This document shows positions 48,873-58,462 of a DNA stretch of 64,000 bases, in pieces. A program made the position numbers and the translations under genes. The notes under the pieces were generated by a model that had not been told where the DNA came from, made no database searches, and worked only from the letters and a program-made list of their open reading frames with translations. Within the stretch, counting starts at the first letter, position 1. The number at the start of each line of letters is the position of its first letter. The stretch is from an uncultured Flavobacteriales bacterium (lineage in GTDB: Bacteria > Bacteroidota > Bacteroidia > Flavobacteriales > UBA7312), in contig CAJWWC010000002.1 in assembly GCA_913048435.1 (NCBI GenBank), positions 33,485-97,484 on the forward strand. Reading direction: 5' to 3'.

Positions 48873-50471
48873 ATGCTTCAGATAATTTCATATGTTGTTT
48901 TTACAATAATTGTTTTAGTAATCGCTAAAACATACTTAGACAAAAAAGGACATCCTAAAGGCTTATTTTATTTATTTTTTGCTGAAATGTGGGAAAGATT
49001 TTCATTTTATGGAATGCGGGCATTATTGACACTTTATCTAATTAAAGATTATTACTCTCATATTGAAAACAATGAAGAAATAGCCTATGGTATTTACGCT
49101 GCTTATGGAGCATTAGTTTATTTAACACCTTTAATTGGCGGCTATATTGCCGACAAATTTATAGGATATCGAAAATCTATTTTATATGGTGGAATATTAA
49201 TGGCATTAGGTCATTTCTTCATGGCATTTCCCACCGATTTTTTCTTTTATGGGGCTTTGGGTTTACTTATTATGGGTAATGGTTTTTTTAAACCCAATAT
49301 TTCTACACTTGTGGGTTCATTATATGAAGAAGGTGATATCAAAAGAGATGGTGGATTTACAATATTTTATATGGGAATAAATCTTGGTGCAATGATTGCG
49401 CCATTATTCTGCGGCTATCTTGGTGAGGTATACGGATGGCATTATGGTTTTGGAGCCGCTGGTATTGGAATGTTAGCTGGTTTAATTGTTTTCTGGAGGG
49501 GTATTAGCACTAATGTTTTGGGCGACAAAGGACTTCAGCCAAAAGAATATATCAACAAAAAAATATCTGGAATTTCAGTAGCGAATTTAATCTATATACT
49601 TGGTTTTGTTGCCGTTCCTGTTTTCGCATATTTAATCGTTTTAGATACAGAAACCTCCGTTCTTGGTGATGTTTTATCATTAGTAGGTGCAGTTGTGCTA
49701 ATATATCTTGCTTATATTATTTATGATTATAAAGTCAAACAAAACGATAAAGTAAGTGGAGACAGGCTCATTGCAATTCTTATTCTATCTGTATTTTTAA
49801 CTATTTTTTGGGCGTGTTTCGAACAGGCTGGAAGCTCAGTAACTGTATGGATTGACAAGTGTGTTAACTTGGTGGGAATGACTGCTTCGCAAACCAATGC
49901 AATTAATCCGTTTTACATTGTACTTTTAGCTATACCATTTAGTCTTCTATGGACTAAACTGGGAGCTGTAAACAAAAATCCTAATACTCCGATTAAATTT
50001 GCTTTGGGTATTTTCCAACTTGGACTGGGTTTTTTAATTTTTGCAGCAACCGCACATTTCATTGGTGAAGATGGAAAAATACCATTTTTATTTGTTTTCT
50101 TAGGATACTTTCTAATTACAACCGGTGAGTTATTTTTATCTCCTATTGGTTTATCTAAAGTAACTGAGTTATCACCAAAAAAAATGGTAGCGTTTATGAT
50201 GGGTGTTTGGTTCTTGTCCTCTACCTTTGCACATTACATCTCTGGAATTCTTGCAAAACTTACAACAACTGGAAGTACTGCCGATAGTAATTGGCTATCA
50301 AATCTTGGAAATTGGTTTATGGGTAATCCAGATGTATCGTCTGAATCTGTTGCAACACTAATGCAATACAACAGTATTTATGCTCAAATAGGTTTTGTGA
50401 CAATATTTATCTCAATTTTCGTTATGTTAATATCACCATTCATTAAAAAATTAATGCACGGTATTCACTAA
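48873..50471 (+). CDS. POT/PTR2-family proton-dependent di/tripeptide transporter
   Basis: FYLFFAEMWERFSFYGMRALL and GGYIADKFIGYRKSI signature motifs, with about 14 TM segments. Confidence 0.9.
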   Translation: MLQIISYVVFTIIVLVIAKTYLDKKGHPKGLFYLFFAEMWERFSFYGMRALLTLYLIKDYYSHIENNEEIAYGIYAAYGALVYLTPLIGGYIADKFIGYRKSILYGGILMALGHFFMAFPTDFFFYGALGLLIMGNGFFKPNISTLVGSLYEEGDIKRDGGFTIFYMGINLGAMIAPLFCGYLGEVYGWHYGFGAAGIGMLAGLIVFWRGISTNVLGDKGLQPKEYINKKISGISVANLIYILGFVAVPVFAYLIVLDTETSVLGDVLSLVGAVVLIYLAYIIYDYKVKQNDKVSGDRLIAILILSVFLTIFWACFEQAGSSVTVWIDKCVNLVGMTASQTNAINPFYIVLLAIPFSLLWTKLGAVNKNPNTPIKFALGIFQLGLGFLIFAATAHFIGEDGKIPFLFVFLGYFLITTGELFLSPIGLSKVTELSPKKMVAFMMGVWFLSSTFAHYISGILAKLTTTGSTADSNWLSNLGNWFMGNPDVSSESVATLMQYNSIYAQIGFVTIFISIFVMLISPFIKKLMHGIH

Positions 50472-50483
50472 AAAATTCATGAA

Positions 50484-50945
50484 ATGAAAAAAACATTTGT
50501 TATTTGTGTCCTTTTAATTGGCTCTATAAATCTATATTCACAAGAAAATGATGGTTGGCAACTTAATTTCGATAAAGCTGCAGAACTATCTATGAAAACT
50601 GGCAAACCTATTCTTGCTAACTTTACAGGTAGTGATTGGTGTGGTTGGTGTGTTAGACTAAAAAAAGAAGTATTTGTAACCCCTGCCTTTAAAAAATGGG
50701 CTAAAGAAAATGTTATTCTTCTTGAACTTGACTACCCAAGACGAACACAACAAACTGAAGAAATAAAAAAACAGAATAAAGAACTTCAACAATTTTTTGG
50801 TGTTAGAGGATACCCCACTCTTCATATGTTTAACGTCGCTATTTCAGATGGAAAAACACAAATTACTTCATTGGGTAAAATGGGATATCTCGCTGGGGGA
50901 CCTACTCCTTGGATTGCTAATGCAAATAATTATCTTAAAAAATAA
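50484..50945 (+). CDS. Secreted thioredoxin-fold protein (CxxC)
   Basis: Signal peptide. FTGSDWCGWCVRLKKEVF active-site-like WCGWC motif. Confidence 0.7.
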   Translation: MKKTFVICVLLIGSINLYSQENDGWQLNFDKAAELSMKTGKPILANFTGSDWCGWCVRLKKEVFVTPAFKKWAKENVILLELDYPRRTQQTEEIKKQNKELQQFFGVRGYPTLHMFNVAISDGKTQITSLGKMGYLAGGPTPWIANANNYLKK

Positions 50946-50948
50946 ATA

Positions 50949-51506
50949 ATGAAACAACTCTTTTTCACTTTGTTGGTTTTTATTTTGCCATTTGTAGTAG
51001 TTTCTTGTAATGAAAACACTACTAATCCAGTAAAAAAAGAAACCGACCTTAAACAAATCATTCAGTCAAATAATGCCTATTCAGCTATTAAATGGATATC
51101 ATTAGAAGAATTGGAAATAAAAATTAAAAAATCACCTCGCAAAGTGATTTTATTTTTTACCAAAAAAGGATGCCCCTTCTGCAAAGAGATGAAAGAAACT
51201 ACTCTAATTGACCCTGAAGTAATTAAACTAATTAATGACAATTATTACGCAGTTGCTTTAGATGGAAAATCTAAGGAAAATATTACTTTCAAAGGTGTAA
51301 CCTATATCAATGATGCTTCAATTGAAGAAGATCCAAAATCAACGTGGAGGCATAATTTATTTGCCGAATTGGTAGAGCCATATAATGGCGGTTATTATTG
51401 GCCCTCAACAGTAATACTCGACAATAATCTTGATTTGATAAAAAGTTTTCCAGGTTCACAAAAACCTCCTCAGTTTAAACGATTACTAATGAACTATTTG
51501 AGATAA
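50949..51506 (+). CDS. Lipoprotein with thioredoxin-like fold (CPFC)
   Basis: Lipobox VVVSC. FFTKKGCPFCKEMKETTL. Confidence 0.55.
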   Translation: MKQLFFTLLVFILPFVVVSCNENTTNPVKKETDLKQIIQSNNAYSAIKWISLEELEIKIKKSPRKVILFFTKKGCPFCKEMKETTLIDPEVIKLINDNYYAVALDGKSKENITFKGVTYINDASIEEDPKSTWRHNLFAELVEPYNGGYYWPSTVILDNNLDLIKSFPGSQKPPQFKRLLMNYLR

Positions 51507-51526
51507 AAGTCTCGTAAAATGTAAAT

Positions 51527-51558
51527 AAAAAAGGTCTTACAAATGCAAGACCTTTTTT
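51527..51558. terminator. Bidirectional hairpin terminator between the thioredoxin-fold gene (+) and tRNA-His (-)
   Basis: AAAAAAGGTCTT-acaaatgc-AAGACCTTTTTT. The stem is perfect, with an A tract on one side and a T tract on the other. Confidence 0.6.
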
Positions 51559-51562
51559 ATTG

Positions 51563-51637
51563 GGTGGATGATGGGATTCGAACCCACGACCCTCGGTACC
51601 ACAAACCGATGCTCTAACCAACTGAGCTACAACCACC
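51563..51637 (-). tRNA. tRNA-His (anticodon GTG) with genome-encoded G-1
   Basis: Hand-folded cloverleaf: G-1 GTGGTTG TA GCTC-AGTTGGTTA-GAGC A TCGGT-TTGTGGT-ACCGA GGGTC GTGGG-TTCGAAT-CCCAT CATCCAC C73. There is a G-1:C73 pair and one U5.U68 mismatch. The 3' CCA is not cleanly encoded (C73 is followed by CAA). Confidence 0.9.
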
Positions 51638-51713
51638 GTTGGGAGGGCAAATATATAAATTTAGAAAAAATATTAGCCTGATTTTACATAAAAAACTACC
51701 TTTGAGTAATACC

Positions 51714-53816
51714 ATGGACAAAGCTAAAAAATATCTAAGTCTTAATATTTCAGGAATGACTTGTTCTAATTGTGCAAAAGGAATAGAAAAACACCTCACT
51801 AAAAAAGGAATTAAAGAAGTCAAAGTCGATTTTGTTAAAGCAGAAGCTCATTTTTTATCAAAAAACCTAGAAATAGATGATGTCATTAAAGAAATTGAAT
51901 CTATTGGTTTTAAAGCCAAAACTGAAGAAATTGAGGAGGACACTAAAGTAGAAAAATTATTCGCGTTTTGTCTCATATTGACTATTCCTTTATTTAGTCA
52001 TATGTTTTTAAATGAAAATAATATTCTACATAATCCTATTATTCAGTTTTTTTTGGCTTTACCTGTTTACATTGTTGGTTGCTATTATTTTGGCATAAGC
52101 GCTTGGAATTCACTAAAATCAAAGGTGCCAAATATGGACGTTCTGATAATAATCGGTACTACGGCTGCATTCTTCTATAGTTTAACAGGAAATTTACTGT
52201 TTTGGGGCGCTCCAGAAGCTCACAATTTTTTATTTTTTGAAACAACAGCTACTATTATAACTATAGTACTTTTAGGAAACGTTTTAGAGCATCGTTCGGT
52301 AAAACAGACTACCACAGCAATAAAGGAACTAAATTCAATTCAAAACCAAGAGGCGAAAAGAGAGAGAAAAGATGGCTCAATAGAAATTATTTCTTTCAAA
52401 AACATAATTAAAGATGATGTCCTACTAGTTAATTCTGGAGATAAAGTACCAACAGATGGTATAATCATGTCAGGAGATGGTTATTTTGATGAATCAATGA
52501 TGACTGGTGAAAGCCATTCTATTCTTAAAAAAAGTAAGGAAGAAGTAATTGGAGGTACACTATTAATTGATGGTAACATTAAAATGATAGCTCAAAAAGT
52601 GGGTAAAGAAACTGTTTTATCTCACATTATTAAATTGGTTAAAAGCGCCCAAAACAATAAACCTAACATACAACGTCTCGCTGACAAGGTCAGTGCTATT
52701 TTCGTGCCTCTTGTTATATTATTATCTCTAATTACTTTCATACTAAATCATTACGTTTTTGATATCAGCCTTTCAGATTCTATTATGCGTGCAATAGCAG
52801 TACTTGTTATTTCATGCCCTTGTGCTATGGGCTTAGCAACACCAACAGCCGTAATGGTAGGCTTGGGGCGAGCAGCAAAAAGTGGAATTCTAATTAAAGG
52901 CGGCAATACCTTAGAAGAGTTTGCTAAAGTTAAAAATGTAGTCTTTGACAAAACAGGTACACTAACAACAGGAGACTTTAAAATAGATAGTCTAGTTTGC
53001 AATGAAAGTGACAAAGAAGATGTTATAAACATTATATTTTCCTTAGAAATGCATTCTTCCCACCCTATTGCTAAGTCATTTATCAAAGAACTAGAGGAAA
53101 AGGCTGAACTATTAGAATTAGAGGAAATCCAGGAAATCAAAGGACAAGGCATTCAAGCAAATTGGAAAAAAGATTTTTACCAATTTGGATCAAATAAGTT
53201 TGTCAATAATGAAGAAGAAACTCATCAAATTTATCTTTATAAAAACAATAGTTTTTTTGCTGGAGTAAATTGCTCTGATGAAATAAAAAACGATTTAAAA
53301 GAAACTATTTCAAAACTTAAAAAACAAGGATTAACAACTACAATCTTAAGTGGAGATAAAGTTAGTAAATGTGAATCTGTGGGTCAAGCTATAGGCATAA
53401 ATAACATTTATAGTGAGCACTTACCTCATGAAAAATTAGAAAAGATTGATGAGTTTAATAAAAATGGTCCTACAGCTATGGTAGGTGACGGCATAAACGA
53501 TGCACCCGCTTTAGCAAAAGCACATGTTGGAGTGGCTTTAGGTGGAAGTACCGAAGTAGCCATAGAATCAGCACAAGTTGTACTATTAAATACAGATAAT
53601 TTAAAGCAAATTGATAAAGCCTACAAAATCAGTAAGCATACTCTAAAGACCATCAAACAAAATTTATTTTGGGCATTTTCTTATAACATTGTAGCCATAC
53701 CAATTGCTGCCTTAGGTTTTCTAACCCCCATGTGGGGTGCTATGTTTATGGCGTTCTCAGATATTATTGTGATTGGAAATTCCCTTAGATTGAAGAAGAA
53801 GAATATTAATAAATAA
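51714..53816 (+). CDS. copA: Copper-translocating P1B-type ATPase
   Basis: HMA domain GMTCSNCAKGIEKHL, TGES, SCPCAMGLATP (CPC), DKTGTLT and GDGINDAPAL. ATG 51714 is preferred because the track start at 51639 abuts the tRNA. Confidence 0.9.
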   Translation: MDKAKKYLSLNISGMTCSNCAKGIEKHLTKKGIKEVKVDFVKAEAHFLSKNLEIDDVIKEIESIGFKAKTEEIEEDTKVEKLFAFCLILTIPLFSHMFLNENNILHNPIIQFFLALPVYIVGCYYFGISAWNSLKSKVPNMDVLIIIGTTAAFFYSLTGNLLFWGAPEAHNFLFFETTATIITIVLLGNVLEHRSVKQTTTAIKELNSIQNQEAKRERKDGSIEIISFKNIIKDDVLLVNSGDKVPTDGIIMSGDGYFDESMMTGESHSILKKSKEEVIGGTLLIDGNIKMIAQKVGKETVLSHIIKLVKSAQNNKPNIQRLADKVSAIFVPLVILLSLITFILNHYVFDISLSDSIMRAIAVLVISCPCAMGLATPTAVMVGLGRAAKSGILIKGGNTLEEFAKVKNVVFDKTGTLTTGDFKIDSLVCNESDKEDVINIIFSLEMHSSHPIAKSFIKELEEKAELLELEEIQEIKGQGIQANWKKDFYQFGSNKFVNNEEETHQIYLYKNNSFFAGVNCSDEIKNDLKETISKLKKQGLTTTILSGDKVSKCESVGQAIGINNIYSEHLPHEKLEKIDEFNKNGPTAMVGDGINDAPALAKAHVGVALGGSTEVAIESAQVVLLNTDNLKQIDKAYKISKHTLKTIKQNLFWAFSYNIVAIPIAALGFLTPMWGAMFMAFSDIIVIGNSLRLKKKNINK

Positions 53817-53819
53817 AAT

Positions 53820-56800
53820 ATGCGACTATTAATTACTTACTTTTTACTTTTATCAATAAATGCTATAGCTCAAGACAAGTTTGTAGCTCACGACTATATC
53901 AATGGTAATATACCTTCATATAAGCCTACATTTCAAGAATCATTTCCAAAATGGGCAAAGTTATTGTACGAAAATGATCCTAATTTTTATGACATACAAC
54001 AAAACTATATCCTTTGGAAATTAGAAAATTCAAAAAAAGAATTCAAAGCCGTAGAACGGTATTACAAGATATGGTCTAGACATATAATTCCATATGTTTC
54101 TGAAGATGGTAGCATAATTATTCCCATACAGTCAGCAGATGTTGAAAGTCAAAATATGCCAAATATTGTATCTGATAATAACTGGGAATTTTTAGGTCCA
54201 AAAGAGACTTTTTTTCTCAATGAAACTGGTGGTGAAATAGCAATGTCTAGTTGCCCATGGCAAGTAAATGTATACTCCTTTGATGTCTCAAAAAGTAATA
54301 ATAATGTATTGTATTGTGGTACAGAAACCGGATTTGTCAATAAATCTATAGATAATGGAGATAGCTGGACAATTTTGGCTAAGGAGTATAGTTTTAAAGG
54401 AGGAATAACCGCCCTAGCTATTGACCCTCAAGACGAACAACTTGTCTATCTTAGTGCCAATTCACAAATCCATAAAACATCTGATGGTGGACAAAATTGG
54501 AATCCCATACTAGCTAATGATGGGCTATTTAGTTCTGATAAAATCATAATTGACGAAAATAACTCTAATACGATAATTTCAGCGGGTTCTTCTGGTATAC
54601 ATCGTTCCATTGATGGTGGGCAAAATTGGTCTAACCCATCACAATTACAAACCTATGATATTCATTTCAAAAGCGATGATGCATCGACCGTTTATGCCAT
54701 AGCTACATTAAATGGTTATTTTAAATTTCTTATCTCAACTAATGGAGGGCAAACTTTTACAGAATCCAATTCATTCCCTAATGACATAGAAAATGAGTCA
54801 GGAGCATTAATAGCAGTAAGTAATGATGATGCTGAACATGTTTTTGCTTTACTTTTAAGTTCCAATGACACTCCCATTCTCTATAAAGGAAATCCTCAAA
54901 GTGGTAATTGGGAACTATTAGCAACTGGACAAACAGATGATTTTCCAATTGACAATTGGCAAGGTTTCTATGACCTTGTTTTTGAGGTATCTCCTGATGA
55001 CTCAGACGTAATTTTTGCAGGCACAGCTAGCCTATATAAGTCAATTGATGGTGGCGAATCCTTCAATATTGTAGGAGGTTATGGAGGAGACTTTTCTATT
55101 CATCCAGATGCTCAATGTATGGTACTTCTAGAAAACAATAGAGCATGGTTAGCAACAGATGGTGGCTTGACCTATTCTTCAGATAATTTTAGCCAAACAA
55201 ATAATGCTCAATCCAAAAATAATTTATTAGTCGGTTCTGATATGTGGGGATTTGACCAAGGTTGGAATGAGGACATTGTTGTTGGAGGAAGGTACCATAA
55301 CGGAAATACAGCGATTGCTGACTTTTATCAGCCAAAAGCCTTGAGAATGGGTGGTGCTGAATCACCAACAGGATGGGTTATGAAAGGAAAAAGTAGACAT
55401 GTTGCTTTTAATGATTTAGGACCGGGCTGGATTTTGCCAACTTCAGCAGAAACATCACCTGAAGGAAGATTCCCTTTTTCTAAATATCCGAATATGGACG
55501 AATATGGTGGTAGAAGAGGAAATATGGTTTTCCACCCCAATTATTACGAAGTTATATATTTAGGAGAAGGTGATAGTTTTTGGAAAAGCAATGATATGGG
55601 ACTTAGTTTTGAATTATTGCATGATTTTGGTCAAAGAGTAAGATATATTCAAATCGCATACAGCGATCCAAATATAATTTATGCTGATGTCGTTAGTTTA
55701 GGATTATATAAATCTGAAGATGGTGGTTTTACTTGGACAGCTAAACCTAATTTAACTAATTCACAAGATGGCGGGAGTTATTGGGAAGGAAAACTTCATT
55801 TCGACATATCACCAAATGATGCCAATACGATATACGCTTGTCAACAAAATGGAACTTGGTCATCAGATTTAGGAAAGATTTTCAAATCTATCGATGGTGG
55901 TGATAGTTGGACAGACTGGACGGCAAACCTAAATCCTTATGCTAAATCAATAGTCGTACAACCCGATCTATCGGGTAATGATATTGTCTATTTATTTACC
56001 TCAAATATCAACAATCAAGATGCTCAATGCTACATTAGAAGTGATGGAGAAAGCGAATGGTCTATTTATGGCAATGGATTTCCTGTAGGCACTAACCCTA
56101 ATCACGCGCTAGCATTTTATAGAGATAGTAAGTTAAGAATTGCTGGCACATCAGGAGTATGGGAAATCGACTTAGATCAAGTGAATTTTTTACCTATTAT
56201 TCAGCCTTGGGTAAATAGTCCTATTATCGATTGTGTAAATGATACTATTCAGCTGGAAGACCATTCTATCCTGAATCATGAAAATTGTAGTTGGACATGG
56301 AGCATTGACCCTGAACCTTTGTATATTGAAAACACTAATATTAGAAATCCAAAAGTTGTATTAGGTGAGGTAGGTAATTACTCTATTACTTTAACTGTTA
56401 ACAAAGATGGTAATACATACTCTAAAACCATTGAAAATATGATTTATGCTAGCGAATGTCCATCGCTAGAAAACTGCAACAATCCAGCCTTAGTTTCAAA
56501 GGAGGATTGGAGTTTAAGGTATGTTGATAGTGAAGAAATCAATTATCCTGGTTATGCTACTATGTCTTTTGATGATGATCCAAGTACTATATGGCATACT
56601 CAGTGGAGCACAGGTGATATACCCTATCCTCATGAGATACAAATTGACTTAAATAATGAGTATAAAATTTTTGAGTTTACTTACCAAACAAGACAAGATG
56701 GGCAAAATGGGCGAATTAAAAATATGGAATTATATTTCAGTAACGACTCTAATGATTTTGGCACATCCGATACCGTCATTCAATTTGAAAATACATCAGC

Positions 56801-57191
56801 ACCACAAACTATCATTTTTCAAAATCCTAAAATAGGTAGTCATATGAAGATTGTTGCTCTCTCAGAAGTTAATGGAGGACCATGGTCCTCTGCTGCTGAA
56901 TTTGATTTAAAAGCATGTTATAATACTTCAAGAATTGAAACAAAAGATTTTGAATATCTTAGTGCTTATCCTATTCCAACAATTGGTCCATTAAAAGTGT
57001 CCTTGCCCTCAACTGGAAGCTATCAATATGCTATATATTCTATTGATGGAAGATATCTTAAAAGCAGTTCGTCTAAAGATAATACCGATTATTTAGAATT
57101 AGATTTATCTAACTATGAAGACGGTGTGTATGTTATAGAAGTTCTTTCTAACAATAACAGAAAATACCTCATAAAATCTATTAAAAAGTAA
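53820..57191 (+). CDS. Large BNR/Asp-box beta-propeller protein with PKD-like domain, F5/8 type C (discoidin) domain and T9SS C-terminal sorting domain
   Basis: Asp-boxes SIDNGDSW, TSDGGQNW, SIDGGQNW, STNGGQTF, SIDGGESF, SEDGGFTW and SIDGGDSW. Discoidin-like WSLRYVDSEE...DDDPSTIWHTQW...PHEIQIDL...FTYQTRQDGQNGRIKNMELYFSND. CTD ...DGVYVIEVLSNNNRKYLIKSIKK. Confidence 0.8.
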   Translation: MRLLITYFLLLSINAIAQDKFVAHDYINGNIPSYKPTFQESFPKWAKLLYENDPNFYDIQQNYILWKLENSKKEFKAVERYYKIWSRHIIPYVSEDGSIIIPIQSADVESQNMPNIVSDNNWEFLGPKETFFLNETGGEIAMSSCPWQVNVYSFDVSKSNNNVLYCGTETGFVNKSIDNGDSWTILAKEYSFKGGITALAIDPQDEQLVYLSANSQIHKTSDGGQNWNPILANDGLFSSDKIIIDENNSNTIISAGSSGIHRSIDGGQNWSNPSQLQTYDIHFKSDDASTVYAIATLNGYFKFLISTNGGQTFTESNSFPNDIENESGALIAVSNDDAEHVFALLLSSNDTPILYKGNPQSGNWELLATGQTDDFPIDNWQGFYDLVFEVSPDDSDVIFAGTASLYKSIDGGESFNIVGGYGGDFSIHPDAQCMVLLENNRAWLATDGGLTYSSDNFSQTNNAQSKNNLLVGSDMWGFDQGWNEDIVVGGRYHNGNTAIADFYQPKALRMGGAESPTGWVMKGKSRHVAFNDLGPGWILPTSAETSPEGRFPFSKYPNMDEYGGRRGNMVFHPNYYEVIYLGEGDSFWKSNDMGLSFELLHDFGQRVRYIQIAYSDPNIIYADVVSLGLYKSEDGGFTWTAKPNLTNSQDGGSYWEGKLHFDISPNDANTIYACQQNGTWSSDLGKIFKSIDGGDSWTDWTANLNPYAKSIVVQPDLSGNDIVYLFTSNINNQDAQCYIRSDGESEWSIYGNGFPVGTNPNHALAFYRDSKLRIAGTSGVWEIDLDQVNFLPIIQPWVNSPIIDCVNDTIQLEDHSILNHENCSWTWSIDPEPLYIENTNIRNPKVVLGEVGNYSITLTVNKDGNTYSKTIENMIYASECPSLENCNNPALVSKEDWSLRYVDSEEINYPGYATMSFDDDPSTIWHTQWSTGDIPYPHEIQIDLNNEYKIFEFTYQTRQDGQNGRIKNMELYFSNDSNDFGTSDTVIQFENTSAPQTIIFQNPKIGSHMKIVALSEVNGGPWSSAAEFDLKACYNTSRIETKDFEYLSAYPIPTIGPLKVSLPSTGSYQYAIYSIDGRYLKSSSSKDNTDYLELDLSNYEDGVYVIEVLSNNNRKYLIKSIKK

Positions 57192-57194
57192 CCG

Positions 57195-57902
57195 TTATTT
57201 TAAACTTGTTAAGCTTTCAGAAACTAATAATTTCTCCGTTGTAAAGCCTTCTGCAAGTTTTACTCTTGATAGTCGACCCAAGTTAGCCGCACGATAATAC
57301 ACACTATCTAAAAACTCTTGACTAGAGATTATTGTTTCAGGTTCTTTAGAACTTGCGTCAAAAAATTGAGACCTAAATGCCTTTACAGCCTCCATTTTAA
57401 TGGACATAAAATCGCTAACATCTACAACGAAATTTGGCTCTATTTCTTCAAATTGTATGTAGTGATAAACCACATCTGGTCGCCAAGCTTCTTGTCCTGT
57501 TTTTATCTTGGGCAGTCCTGCCAAAAAACAAGCACTAGAAACCAAGTCAGAACCTTTTTTGTGGTCGGGATGTCTATCGCTTACAGCATTGGCTAATACA
57601 ATACTTGGTCTATATTCTCGGATTATTTTCACAAGCTCCATTTGATGCGCCTCATCATTTTGGAAAAAACCATCTTTAAAACCCATACAGTGACGAAACT
57701 CAACACCCAATATTTGAGCCGCTAAAGCAGCTTCTTTATCTCTTATTTCTGCACTACCTCTTGTCCCTAATTCACCCCTTGTAAGGTCAACTATTCCAAT
57801 CTTATTGCCCAAATTAACTTGTTTAGCAATTGTTCCTCCACAACCTAACTCTACATCATCGGGGTGAGCTCCAAAAGCTAATATATCTAGCTGTTTATCC
57901 AT
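57195..57902 (-). CDS. bshB1: Bacillithiol biosynthesis deacetylase BshB1 (LmbE/PIG-L family)
   Basis: MDKQLDILAFGAHPDDVELGCGGTIAK and HPDHKKGS. Start at 57902 is preferred over the track start at 57956. Confidence 0.75.
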   Translation of the reverse strand: MDKQLDILAFGAHPDDVELGCGGTIAKQVNLGNKIGIVDLTRGELGTRGSAEIRDKEAALAAQILGVEFRHCMGFKDGFFQNDEAHQMELVKIIREYRPSIVLANAVSDRHPDHKKGSDLVSSACFLAGLPKIKTGQEAWRPDVVYHYIQFEEIEPNFVVDVSDFMSIKMEAVKAFRSQFFDASSKEPETIISSQEFLDSVYYRAANLGRLSRVKLAEGFTTEKLLVSESLTSLK

Positions 57903-58462
57903 TTTACTATTTTTTTTGATTTTGGACTTGTTGTCGGTAAAAAATAATCTACCCACTGACCATTTTCATCGATAATGAATTTTTGAAAATTCCACAAAAC
58001 AGAAACATTCTTTTTACCATTCTTATTTTTCTCTGTCAACCATTGATAAATGGAATGTTTAGATTTTCCTTTGACCGATACTTTTTCAAAAATAGGAAAA
58101 GTTACGCCATAATTTTTTTGACAAAAAGATGATATCTTTTGACTATCGGTATATTCTTGATTGGCAAAATCAGAAGAAGGGAATGCTAAAACTGTAAAGT
58201 TTTGATTTTTATACTCTTTATTTAGTTCTTCTAATTGTTTATATTGAGATGTCAACCCACACTTGGAAGCTACATTGACAACTAATAACTTCTTACCTTT
58301 AAATGTAGACAAATCAAAATCTTCTCCATCAATGGTTTTCACCTTAATGTCGTAAAAAGATAAATTTTGCTCATAATTGTAACTATTCATACAACTCGGT
58401 AATAAGGTTATTAGAAATACAAATGAGTATTTCTTTAGTTTATTAATTGTTTTTGTCTCCAT
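57887..58462 (-). CDS. Glutathione peroxidase-family thiol peroxidase (lipoprotein leader)
   Basis: LVVNVASKCGLTSQYKQLEEL, FPSSDFANQE and WNFQKF are GPx signatures. A Cys, not Sec, occupies the active site. Lipobox LLPSC. Confidence 0.85.
   Translation of the reverse strand: METKTINKLKKYSFVFLITLLPSCMNSYNYEQNLSFYDIKVKTIDGEDFDLSTFKGKKLLVVNVASKCGLTSQYKQLEELNKEYKNQNFTVLAFPSSDFANQEYTDSQKISSFCQKNYGVTFPIFEKVSVKGKSKHSIYQWLTEKNKNGKKNVSVLWNFQKFIIDENGQWVDYFLPTTSPKSKKIVKWINS

Noticed and set aside
51563-51637. First reading of the tRNA as tRNA-Thr (TGT)
   Set aside because: With the 5-bp anticodon stem TCGGT/ACCGA, the 7-nt loop is TTGTGGT. Positions 34-36 are therefore GTG (His). The extra 5' G pairing with C73 supports His identity.
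51614-51823. 69-aa minus-strand ORF, and the 25-codon N-terminal extension of the copA ORF (51639..51713)
   Set aside because: The minus ORF runs through the tRNA-His gene and the copA 5' region. The copA extension (MGGQIYKFRKN...) abuts the tRNA and precedes a good ATG directly before the HMA domain.
52751-53152. 133-aa minus-strand ORF inside copA
   Set aside because: It is antisense to the P-type ATPase core, which carries the DKTGTLT and CPC motifs on the plus strand. It has no independent support.
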